Of a stretch of DNA of 64,000 nt, positions 55,700 through 64,000 are shown piece by piece; position 1 is the stretch's first letter; each line of letters begins with the position of its first letter. The notes beneath the pieces were generated by a model, which did not search any database, was not told the origin of the DNA, and was given only the letters and a program-made list of their open reading frames with translations. The stretch is from assembly GCA_035504395.1 (NCBI GenBank), contig DATJRX010000042.1:593-64592 (forward strand), in the 5' to 3' direction. Made by a program: the position numbers and the translations under genes. The stretch is from Thermoplasmata archaeon. GTDB taxonomy: Archaea > Thermoplasmatota > Thermoplasmata > Lutacidiplasmatales > UBA184.

Positions 55700-56818
55700 A
55701 TGGTCTCCTGTCCCGTCTGCGGCGCCGAGGTCGGCGACCACGACGCGTGCCCTCAGTGCCATCTCGCGGTGAGCCTCTTCGGGTCGGTCCGCGAGGCGGC
55801 CCGGGAGGCGGCGGATTCCGATCCGACCTATCTCAAGACGATCGGCGAGCTCCTCGCGACCGTCGACGGCCCGGCCCCGGCCCGGCCGGGGCGCGGGGTC
55901 CCCGGTCCCCGCCTCGCCCCCCGGGAGCCTCCGGTCCCCGCCGCGCCTCCGGTCCGGCCTCCCCCAGCGCGTCCGCCGGTCGAGGTCGCGCCGCTCTCCG
56001 AGCTCCCCGAGGCGCCCCCCGAGAACGAGGTGCCCCGGGAGCTGAAGCGCCGCATCACGGAGTACTTTGAGATCGGGCGTCGGCTCGGCCTCGACTTCAC
56101 CGACTTCTCCCAGCGGTCCCAGTCGGCCGCGCTGGTCGACGACATCGACTCTCTCGAGGTGCTGCAGCGGGAGATGTTCGTCCACCTCTCGAGCACGATC
56201 GCGGAGGAGTACGAAGCATGCCTCGCGCGGCGGAACGAGCTCGCGAACCTCCTCTCGACCGCGAGCGCGGACGTCGAGCTCACCGCCGTCCGTCGCGCGA
56301 TCGGCGCCGGCGACCTGAGCGGCGCCCAGCGCCGCCTCGCGCACGTGCGGGAGGTGCTCGTCCGGATCGAGGAGCAGTGGCAGGTCGGCCAGATCCTGAT
56401 CGCCGAGGGCGACCTGCTCGCCGAGACGATCCGCGAGCTCGGCGGCGACCCGACCCCGGCGATCGGACCGCTCGAGGAGGGCCGGAAGCTGTTCGCCGCG
56501 GGCCGCCGCGCGGCCGCGGAGCAGATGTGCGCCCGCTCCGCGATGGCGCTCTGGAGCCTGCTCGAGCCTCGGCTCATCGCCGACCTGAAACGACTGAGGG
56601 ACCGGATGACGGAGGAGCGGGCGGCGGGCCTCGACATCGAGCCGGCGCTCGCCGAGCTGCGCGGACTGTCGACCGAGCTGCGCGGCCGCAACTTCGCCGG
56701 CACGATCCTGGCCTACCGACGCCTCCGCTCGACCGTGGAGCGGACGGCGCCGACGACCGTGGAGGGCCCGACCGGGCCCGCCTCCGCCGCCGAGATCCGG
56801 ACGACGCCCTCGGCGTGA
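55700..56818 (+). CDS. hypothetical protein: N-terminal Zn ribbon, Pro-rich linker, helical-repeat C-terminal domain
   Basis: 372 aa from ATG 55700. MVSCPVCGAEVGDHDACPQCH, then a PPVPAAPPVRPPPARPP linker, then ~260 aa predicted helical with repeated A..A...G(D/N)(L/F)..A patterns. The upstream part of track ORF 54749..56818 is a shadow of tiaS. Confidence 0.6.
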   Translation: MVSCPVCGAEVGDHDACPQCHLAVSLFGSVREAAREAADSDPTYLKTIGELLATVDGPAPARPGRGVPGPRLAPREPPVPAAPPVRPPPARPPVEVAPLSELPEAPPENEVPRELKRRITEYFEIGRRLGLDFTDFSQRSQSAALVDDIDSLEVLQREMFVHLSSTIAEEYEACLARRNELANLLSTASADVELTAVRRAIGAGDLSGAQRRLAHVREVLVRIEEQWQVGQILIAEGDLLAETIRELGGDPTPAIGPLEEGRKLFAAGRRAAAEQMCARSAMALWSLLEPRLIADLKRLRDRMTEERAAGLDIEPALAELRGLSTELRGRNFAGTILAYRRLRSTVERTAPTTVEGPTGPASAAEIRTTPSA

Positions 56819-56862
56819 CCCCCGCCACAAAGCCCAAGAACGGAGACCCGTCTCGCGCGGCC

Positions 56863-58164
56863 ATGCCGGCCGGCGTGCTCCGCGGGTTCCGTGACTACCC
56901 CCCGCCCGACGGCGGCGCGCGCTCGGAGATCCGTCGTCGGATGCGCTCGGCGGCCCGCCGGGGCGGCTACCAGGAGCTCGAGGTGCCGTGCGTGGAGCTG
57001 TTCGAGCTCTACCAGACCAAGAGCGGGGAGGGGATCGCCGCCCAGGCGTGGATGTTCCACGACAAGGGGGACCGGCCCGTCGCGCTCGTGCCCGAGACGA
57101 CCCCGTCGCTGGCCCGGGTCTTCGTGGAGCGGGCGAAGTCGGAGCCGATGCCCGTCAAGTGGTTCACGATCTCGAAGACCTGGCGCTACGAGGAGCCCCA
57201 GACCGGCCGGACCCGGGAGTTCACGCAGTTCAACCTCGACATCCTCGGTGTGCCGGGCGTCGAGGCGGAGGTCGACCTCCTGGCGACCGCCGCCCTCGTG
57301 CTCGACGACGTCGGGGCGCGCGACCTCTACGCGTTCCGGATCAACGACCGCGCGATCTCGGAGGGGCTCGGGCGCCTGTTCGGCGCGGATCGGCCCGCGC
57401 CGTTCTTCCGGGCCGTCGACCAGTACCGGAAGATCTCCCCCACCGAGTTCACGGCCGAGCTCGCTCAGGCCGGCGTCGCGGCGCCGGCGGCCGCCGAGCT
57501 GCTCGACGTCTTCGCGAAGGCCCCGAACGGCGTCGCCCCGCCCGAGCTCGACGCCTACCTCGACGCGCTGGTGGCGCGGGGTCTTGACGCGCGCGCCCAG
57601 GAGGGCGTCGAGCGGATGCGATCGCTCTTCCGCCTCCTCGTGCGCGCGGGGCTCGGCGACCGGATCGTCTTCGACATGACGGTCGTCCGGGGGCTCGCCT
57701 ACTACACGTCCACCGTTTTCGAGGCGTACGCGCGCACGGACGCGGGCCGGTCGATCTTCGGCGGCGGCCGCTACGACCACCTGATCGAGCTGTTCGAGGG
57801 CCCGCCGACGCCCGCGGCGGGTCTCGCGATCGGCGACCAGATGCTCGAGGTGCTCCTCAAGCGGGCGGGCCGGTGGCCCGACGGCGAGCCGCCGCTCGAC
57901 ACCTACGTCGTGGTCGTGGACCGCGCCCAGATGGCCGACGCGATCCAGCTCGTCCAGGAGCTGCGCGTCGCCGGCCTGAGCGCCGACTGCGACCTCCTCG
58001 GGAGGTCGATGTCCCGCCAGCTCAAGGAGGCGGCGCGGCGGAGGGCCCGGCGGGCGCTGATCCTGGGTCTACGGGAGTCGGCTCCGGGGACGGTCGTGGA
58101 GCGTGACCTCGCGAGTGGTGCGCAGCGTGCGCTGGCTCGCTCCGAGGCGGCACGATCGGCGTGA
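56863..58164 (+). CDS. hisS: histidyl-tRNA synthetase
   Basis: 433 aa from ATG 56863. LRGFRDY N-terminus, class II motif 2 (REFTQFNLDILG) and motif 3 (GGGRYDHLI), anticodon-binding C-terminal domain. Confidence 0.93.
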   Translation: MPAGVLRGFRDYPPPDGGARSEIRRRMRSAARRGGYQELEVPCVELFELYQTKSGEGIAAQAWMFHDKGDRPVALVPETTPSLARVFVERAKSEPMPVKWFTISKTWRYEEPQTGRTREFTQFNLDILGVPGVEAEVDLLATAALVLDDVGARDLYAFRINDRAISEGLGRLFGADRPAPFFRAVDQYRKISPTEFTAELAQAGVAAPAAAELLDVFAKAPNGVAPPELDAYLDALVARGLDARAQEGVERMRSLFRLLVRAGLGDRIVFDMTVVRGLAYYTSTVFEAYARTDAGRSIFGGGRYDHLIELFEGPPTPAAGLAIGDQMLEVLLKRAGRWPDGEPPLDTYVVVVDRAQMADAIQLVQELRVAGLSADCDLLGRSMSRQLKEAARRRARRALILGLRESAPGTVVERDLASGAQRALARSEAARSA

Positions 58165-58906
58165 TCGACTCGAAGGTGTCGCCGTCCCACAGCAGGATCC
58201 CGTTCGGGGACTCGGCCCCGTCGACGTAGCCGTACCAGTAGACGACGGCGCCCTCGCCGAACAGCTCCGTGTACGGCGCGAGCTGGCGCCGAAGGTTCTT
58301 GCGGAGCTCGACGTCGTCGCCGAAGTTCGCCTTCGACTCGATCCAGGTGAGCTTCTGCCCGTAGAAGATGATCGGCTCGTCGAGGAGGGCGTCCGGGGTC
58401 TTCGCGAACTTGCCGCGCAGGTCCTTCTCGGTGCGGTACCCGATCCCGTGCTTCTCCAGCCAGCGCTGGAGACGCTCCTCGCCGCGTCGGCCGCGCTCCC
58501 GCTGGAGCTCCATGCCGCGCGGCGAGTAGATCATGTCGGCGGCGAGCAGGTCGTCGACCTCCTTGCGGATCCGCGCGTCGGGGGCGGTCTCGGGGTGGAG
58601 GAACGTGCCCCAGACCTTCTTGCGCGGGATCCCGAGCTCGCCGAGCATCTGCTGGCCGAGGAGGACCGGCGGGAACCGAAGCTCGCGCGCGATCTCGATC
58701 ATCGGACGACCCCGACGCCACTGCTTCACGAGGTTCGGGATCTCGTGCTTCACGCGGTAGAAGCGCCGGGTCGCGTCGCGCGTGACGCGGTGGGTGTGGA
58801 TGACGAATAGGAGGTCCTCGTCGAAGTGCTCGTGGTGCGCGATGCGGTGGACGTCCTCGTACGTCGCGAGGCTGTCGTACAGGCGCTGGTAGGTCGCTCG
58901 GTCCAT
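58022..58906 (-). CDS. CDIN1/C15orf41-like protein (TPD-motif family, predicted PD-(D/E)XK nuclease with N-terminal HTH)
   Basis: 294-aa ORF. KTPDALLDEPIIFYGQKLTWIESKANFG contains the TPD motif and a D...ExK arrangement. An HTH-like segment is MIEIARELRFPPVLLGQQ. The last ~48 aa are low complexity and antisense to hisS. Confidence 0.55.
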   Translation of the reverse strand: MDRATYQRLYDSLATYEDVHRIAHHEHFDEDLLFVIHTHRVTRDATRRFYRVKHEIPNLVKQWRRGRPMIEIARELRFPPVLLGQQMLGELGIPRKKVWGTFLHPETAPDARIRKEVDDLLAADMIYSPRGMELQRERGRRGEERLQRWLEKHGIGYRTEKDLRGKFAKTPDALLDEPIIFYGQKLTWIESKANFGDDVELRKNLRRQLAPYTELFGEGAVVYWYGYVDGAESPNGILLWDGDTFESITPIVPPRSEPAHAAHHSRGHAPRPSPEPTPVDPGSAPAGPSAAPPP

Positions 58907-58984
58907 GGCAGAATTCGGAACGGAGGTCAGCGAGGCCCGCTCACGGATAAGGTTGCGCGGGCGGCCGGGAACGACCGCGGGAGG

Positions 58985-59794
58985 TCACTCCCGCCAGTCG
59001 ATCCCGACCGTACGGAAGCCGATCTTCGCGACCGGGGGAGGGCGCCGCTTGTGGCGGGTCGACTCGACCCGGTGCGCCACGCCGTGGACGCGCTCGATCG
59101 GAAAGCCGGTGATCTCGGCGATCTCCTCCTCGGTCCTCAGCTGCTCGAGGCCGTGGAGGATCTGGTCGATCTCGGAGTACGGCAGCCCGAGCTCCGCCTC
59201 GTCGGTCTGGCCTTCCCAGAGCCCGGCGCTCGGCGGCCGGGCACGGATCGCCTCGGGGAGGCCGAGCCGCTCGGCCAGCGCGCGGACCTCGGTCTTGTAG
59301 AGGTCGCCGATCGGAAGGAGGTCAACCCCGCCGTCGCCGTACTTGGTGAAGTACCCGAGGAGGAGCTCCGACTTGTTCCCCGTGCCCGCGACCAGGCGCC
59401 GGGACTCCCGCGCGATCGCGTAGAGCGCGGTCATGCGCACGCGGGGCGCGATGTTCCCGAGGGTCACTCGTTCCGTCACCTCCGGGACCAGGGATCGGAC
59501 CGCCGACTCGGCGGCCGCGATCGGCACCGTCCGGCTGGCGATGCCGAGGCTGCGCGCGTACGCCTCGGTCTCCCGCGCGAGGTCGGCGGGGAATCGCGCG
59601 TCCGGCAGGAGCACGCCGAGCACGTGGTCCGGTCCGAGCGCGTCGCGGGCGAGACGGGCGGTGAGGGCGCTGTCGATCCCGCCCGAGAGACCGACCACCA
59701 CGCCCTGCGCGCCGTCGAAGTGGGCGTGGGCGCGCAGGAACTGGTGGATCGTCGGCTCGGCGTGGGCCGGGAGCCGCGGTCGAAGGTCGGTCAC
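58985..59794 (-). CDS. nadE: NH3-dependent NAD+ synthetase
   Basis: 269 aa from GTG 59794, which overlaps the upstream stop. PP-loop GLSGGIDSALTA, GTGNKSELLLGYFTKYGDGG. Confidence 0.92.
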   Translation of the reverse strand: MTDLRPRLPAHAEPTIHQFLRAHAHFDGAQGVVVGLSGGIDSALTARLARDALGPDHVLGVLLPDARFPADLARETEAYARSLGIASRTVPIAAAESAVRSLVPEVTERVTLGNIAPRVRMTALYAIARESRRLVAGTGNKSELLLGYFTKYGDGGVDLLPIGDLYKTEVRALAERLGLPEAIRARPPSAGLWEGQTDEAELGLPYSEIDQILHGLEQLRTEEEIAEITGFPIERVHGVAHRVESTRHKRRPPPVAKIGFRTVGIDWRE

Positions 59795-60813
59795 GCCTCG
59801 ACCCCCAGGGGCTCGAGGGCGCGCCGCTGCGTCCACTCGGCGCGGCAGTCGCACGAGAGCTCCGCGAGCGGGCCGAACTCCTGGGCGAGGGACGCCTCCT
59901 CGATCGCGCCGAGCACGCGCGCATCGCACCGGCCACAGTTGTGCGGTCCGCGGGGCTTGCCGCCGGCCGTCGGGAACGAGACGAGCCGGGCGGCATCGCG
60001 GACCGCCGCGCCCGCGCGCAGCGACTCGACGACGCTCCACAGCCAGGGCGGCCGGTAGCGGCCCCGATGGTAGAGCCACTCCACCACGGTACCGTTCTGG
60101 ATGTGCACCGGGTTGATCGAGAGCGCATCGAAGTGGGCGGACGCCGCCGCCACGGAGCGCACCACGTCGTCGATCGACTCCTGTTCCGTGAGGTACGGCG
60201 GCTTCAGCAACAGGTAGGCCTTCGCGCGGAGACCGAGCGCGCGGACGCGGTCGCCGGCCGCGAGGTAGGCGCTCGGGGGCGCGTTCTTGTGGACGTACCG
60301 GGCGAGGACGGTCGGGTCGGTCGTCTCGAGCCCGAGCGCGACCTCGAGCTCCCCCGCGAACGCCGACCGGAGCGGGGCGAGCGCGGCCTCGGTCGCGAAC
60401 TCGGGGAGCGTCTCGAACAGGAGACGGCGCGCGCGGCCCGAGAACGCGGCGACGAACCGTTGGCGGCTCTCGGGGTCGACCTCCCGGTCGTCGAGGAAGC
60501 TACCCGAGGTGTAGACCTTCACGTACGGCTCGCCCCGGTACCGGGCGAGCGCCCGGTCCGTCTGCTCGCGGAGCTCCTCGGGCGTCGCCGAGCGCCCGAG
60601 CGTGTCCTTGGCGTAGCCGCACATCGAGCAGCCCTTCTGGTCGGCCCAGTAGCAGCCCCGCGTTTTCAGGATCAGGACGAACGCGTCGACGCGCTCCGGC
60701 CCGATCGCCTCGCGCTCCACCCACTGGTTCACGTAGCGACGGGCGGAGGTCCCGCTCGCGGGATCCGGCCGCCGGTCGTGCGCGACCGCGCGGGCGAGCG
60801 AGCCTCCGGTCAC
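59791..60813 (-). CDS. radical SAM protein, archaeosine-biosynthesis RaSEA-like (TIGR01210-type)
   Basis: 340 aa from GTG 60813, which overlaps the rbkR stop. Cys cluster GCYWADQKGCSMCGY near the N-terminus and a C-terminal Cys pair (CGRCD...CDC). The family call rests on remembered architecture only. Confidence 0.55.
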   Translation of the reverse strand: MTGGSLARAVAHDRRPDPASGTSARRYVNQWVEREAIGPERVDAFVLILKTRGCYWADQKGCSMCGYAKDTLGRSATPEELREQTDRALARYRGEPYVKVYTSGSFLDDREVDPESRQRFVAAFSGRARRLLFETLPEFATEAALAPLRSAFAGELEVALGLETTDPTVLARYVHKNAPPSAYLAAGDRVRALGLRAKAYLLLKPPYLTEQESIDDVVRSVAAASAHFDALSINPVHIQNGTVVEWLYHRGRYRPPWLWSVVESLRAGAAVRDAARLVSFPTAGGKPRGPHNCGRCDARVLGAIEEASLAQEFGPLAELSCDCRAEWTQRRALEPLGVEA

Positions 60814-61550
60814 GGCTCCTCGAGCTCGATGGAGACCGGGTCGTCGTCGTGCAGGGAGAGCACGTCGCGCAGCCGCTCCGCGGCGATGAACTCGACGACG
60901 TCCTGGTAGTGCGTGCGATCGGGATGGATGAGGTGGCAGGGGTGACCGTTCATCCGGGCCGGAAAGCAGGACGCGCCGCCGAACGTCCGGCCGCTCGCCT
61001 CGAACCCGTCGATCCGGAGCCCGGTCCATCCCCCGACGAGGTCGACCTTGCGGCGCGCCTCGGCCCCGACGCGGACGTTGAGCGTGCCGGGGTACGGCGA
61101 ATAGCCGAGCCGCTCCGTGAACTGGACGACATAGCCGGGCTGGCTCAGGTAGTAGCGGCCCTCCCCGAGCCCGGAGACGACCGTCCCGGAGAACGAGAGG
61201 CGGCCGGGGCCCTCGAAGATGCGGCGGTACGCCTGGTACTCGCCGCGGAGGGTCGCCATCCCGGCGGGGGTCACCGTGAGGCGCTGGCGGCGCTGGGCGA
61301 GCGACCGCGTGATCGCACCGGCCCCCTCGAGCGCGACCAGGTAGCGGTCGGCCGCCTGCTGGCTCACGCCGATGCGATCCCCGAGGGCGCGCGAGGTCAT
61401 GACCGACGGCGTGTGGTCGGCTCCCGCGAGCGCGAGAACCTTGAGCACCGCGAGGGCGTCCCCCCGCGTGCGGGGGCGCTCGCCCTTCGAGCGCCCGGGC
61501 GGGCCGGAGCGTCGCTCAGCCGCCTTTCGAGGGGGTTCCCTGCGGGGCAT
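60810..61550 (-). CDS. rbkR: RbkR-type fusion: winged-HTH regulator + CTP-dependent riboflavin kinase
   Basis: 246-aa ORF. N-terminal wHTH (LAVLKVLALAG...SRALGDRIGVSQQAADRYLVALEGAGAITR) and archaeal riboflavin kinase core (GTVVSGLGEGRYYL...YPGTLNVRV). The start is uncertain and ATG 61550 overlaps the Sm gene by 35 nt. Confidence 0.8.
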   Translation of the reverse strand: MPRREPPRKAAERRSGPPGRSKGERPRTRGDALAVLKVLALAGADHTPSVMTSRALGDRIGVSQQAADRYLVALEGAGAITRSLAQRRQRLTVTPAGMATLRGEYQAYRRIFEGPGRLSFSGTVVSGLGEGRYYLSQPGYVVQFTERLGYSPYPGTLNVRVGAEARRKVDLVGGWTGLRIDGFEASGRTFGGASCFPARMNGHPCHLIHPDRTHYQDVVEFIAAERLRDVLSLHDDDPVSIELEEP

Positions 61551-61758
61551 GGAGCGTCACGACGTTCGAGCCGCGGAGGAGCACGCGACCGATCCGTCGG
61601 GTCACCTCGGCGGTCGTCTCCTCGGTGTCGTCGAGGACCAGGTTCATGTGCTCGTCCAGGGCGAGCAGCTTCCCCGAGAGCCTCCGCGAGTCCTTGAGGA
61701 CCAGCATCACCCGCTGTCCCAGGACCCGTTCGAGAAGGTGCGTCGGCGCGTCGGCCAT
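61516..61758 (-). CDS. Sm-like archaeal protein (LSm/SmAP)
   Basis: MADAPTHLLERVLGQRVMLVLKDSRRLSGKLLALDEHMNLVLDD...RIGRVLLRGSNVV contains the Sm1 and Sm2 motifs. The track ORF starts at GTG 61770. ATG 61758 fits an AT island (minus aaggctaaga) ~27 nt upstream. Confidence 0.88.
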   Translation of the reverse strand: MADAPTHLLERVLGQRVMLVLKDSRRLSGKLLALDEHMNLVLDDTEETTAEVTRRIGRVLLRGSNVVTLHAPQGTPSKGG

Positions 61759-61808
61759 CGCGCGAACCACGGACCACGGGTCTTAGCCTTTCGGGTCGGG
61801 CGGGGCGC

Positions 61809-61818
61809 GAAGCTATCC
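61809..61818 (+). promoter_or_regulatory. TATA-like element for gltA flanked by repeated GGGTCG half-sites
   Basis: gaagctatcc centred ~27 nt upstream of ATG 61842. tcgggtcgg (61791..61799) and ccgacccga (61817..61825) form a perfect 9-bp inverted repeat around it. Confidence 0.35.
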
Positions 61819-61841
61819 GACCCGACCGGGTCGGTCGCCGA

Positions 61842-62972
61842 ATGCCGGAGGCGGCCCGCTTCTCGAAGGGCCTCGACGACATCGTCGTCGGGCGGTCCTC
61901 GATCTCCTGGGTCGGAGGAGAGACGGGGGACCTGGTCTACCGGGGGTTCGACGTCCGCGAGCTCGTCCCCGGCCTCCCGTACGAGTCGGTCGTCCACCTC
62001 CTCCTCTACGGCGAGCCGCCGTCCGCGGACCCCTCGCGCGAAGTGGGCCGGGAGCTCGCGGCCCGGCGCGACGCGCCGGCGCCGGTCGAGCGCGTGGTCG
62101 ACGCGCTGCCCACCGGGCTCCCGCCGCTCGAGGCGCTGCGCACGATCCTCTCCGCGCTCGGCGACGGAAGCTTCGGCTATCCGCCCACGCGGGAGGAGGG
62201 GTTCGGCCTCATCGCGCGGACCCCGACGCTGCTCGCGCGCTACGTCCGCCACGCCCGGGGCGCGGCTCCGATCCCGCCGCGCGCCGACCTCGGCCACGCG
62301 GCCAACTACCTCTGGATGATGTTCGGGGAGCTCCCGGACCGTCGCAAGGTGGCCGCGCTCGAGGGCTACCTCGACCTCCTCGCCGACCATGGGATGAACG
62401 CCTCGACGTTCGCCCTCCGGGTCGTGATCTCCACGCAGTCCGACCTCGCGAGCGCCGCGACCGCGGCCCTCGCGGCCCTGAAGGGTCCGGTGCACGGCGG
62501 CGCCCCGAGCCGGGTCTCCGACATGCTCGATGCGATCGGCTCGCCCGACCGCGCCGCCGGCTGGGTCGCCGACCGGCTCGCGCGCAAGGAGGTACTGTAC
62601 GGCTTCGGCCACCGGGCGTACAAGACCGAGGACCCCCGCGCGGTCGTCCTGCACCGCATCGCGCGCGAGGTCGCGGAGCCCCATCGGCTGAAGCTGGCGG
62701 AGGAGGTCGAGCGCGCGGCCCTCGACGCGCTCCGGCGGGCGAAGCCCGGCGCGCGTCTCTACACGAACGTCGAGTACTACAGCGCGGTCGTGCTCGAGGC
62801 GGTCGGGCTCCCGCGCGAGCTGTTCACGCCGACGTTCGCGGTCGCCCGGACCGCCGGCTGGACGGCCCACGCGCTCGAGCAGGCGAGCGACAACCGCCTG
62901 ATCCGCCCGGACGTCGAGTACGTCGGCCCCGCCAAGGGCCGGGTCTGGCCCCGGCCGATCGCGGGGCACTGA
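61842..62972 (+). CDS. gltA: citrate synthase
   Basis: 376-aa ORF. Motifs GPVHGGAPS and GFGHRAYKTEDPRA. Archaeal short-type length. Confidence 0.93.
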   Translation: MPEAARFSKGLDDIVVGRSSISWVGGETGDLVYRGFDVRELVPGLPYESVVHLLLYGEPPSADPSREVGRELAARRDAPAPVERVVDALPTGLPPLEALRTILSALGDGSFGYPPTREEGFGLIARTPTLLARYVRHARGAAPIPPRADLGHAANYLWMMFGELPDRRKVAALEGYLDLLADHGMNASTFALRVVISTQSDLASAATAALAALKGPVHGGAPSRVSDMLDAIGSPDRAAGWVADRLARKEVLYGFGHRAYKTEDPRAVVLHRIAREVAEPHRLKLAEEVERAALDALRRAKPGARLYTNVEYYSAVVLEAVGLPRELFTPTFAVARTAGWTAHALEQASDNRLIRPDVEYVGPAKGRVWPRPIAGH

Positions 62973-62994
62973 CCCGCCCGCGGGCGGCGGGGGA

Positions 62995-64000
<1,006 letters not shown>

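Noticed and set aside
54803-56830. 675-aa minus ORF and other long frames over tiaS and the Zn-ribbon/helical gene
   Set aside because: Shadow composition, and antisense to genes with recognisable domains.

Overview
Very GC-rich (roughly 70% by eye), gene-dense archaeal chromosome segment. I see no rRNA, CRISPR array, transposase or integrase. Archaeal hallmarks are topoisomerase VI (top6B/top6A), aEF-1beta, ribosomal protein eL41, an Sm-like protein, AglB, TiaS, a RaSEA-like radical SAM protein, an RbkR-type riboflavin kinase fusion and an 11-subunit Nuo complex without NuoEFG. With KatG, DnaK and TCA-cycle genes this suggests an aerobic or facultative Thermoplasmatota-like euryarchaeon, which is inference only. 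Left to right: crotonase (partial), GNAT, nuoABCDHIJKLMN followed by a geranylgeranyl-reductase-like gene and a polyprenyl synthase, membrane protein plus nitrilase, top6B/A, aquaporin, katG, eL41, a sucC-sucD-Cys microprotein-membrane protein operon, coaBC, HAD, tRNA-His. Then a block of small membrane/secreted proteins of unknown function, esterase, thioredoxin, SDR, hydrolases, AKR, ferredoxin, YdjM-like protein, aEF-1beta plus Zn-ribbon protein, and a giant aglB with a co-translated glycoprotein. Then a six-gene 2-oxoacid-elongation/thiolase/DUF35 operon divergent from korAB, tiaS, a Zn-ribbon/helical protein, hisS, a CDIN1/TPD-like nuclease, nadE, RaSEA-like, rbkR, Sm, gltA and dnaK (partial). 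Most interesting: (1) a 2198-aa AglB whose STT3 core is fused to about 1300 aa of sequon-dense beta-sandwich repeats with a C-terminal anchor, translationally coupled to a second sequon-rich anchored protein. (2) A tRNA-His(GUG) gene whose cloverleaf closes only if about 32 nt are removed from the T-loop, i.e. a non-canonical intron. (3) A translationally coupled operon joining a homocitrate/isopropylmalate-synthase-type elongation module to thiolase/DUF35, next to a 2-oxoacid:ferredoxin oxidoreductase. (4) NuoI with four [4Fe-4S] motifs. (5) Two conserved genes (nuoL, tiaS) whose homologous N-termini lie upstream of any canonical start codon. (6) Several Cys-rich microproteins absent from the ORF track. 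Promoters show up as short AT islands about 27 nt before start codons, so many mRNAs look leaderless. Many long track ORFs are GC-rich shadow frames and were rejected.
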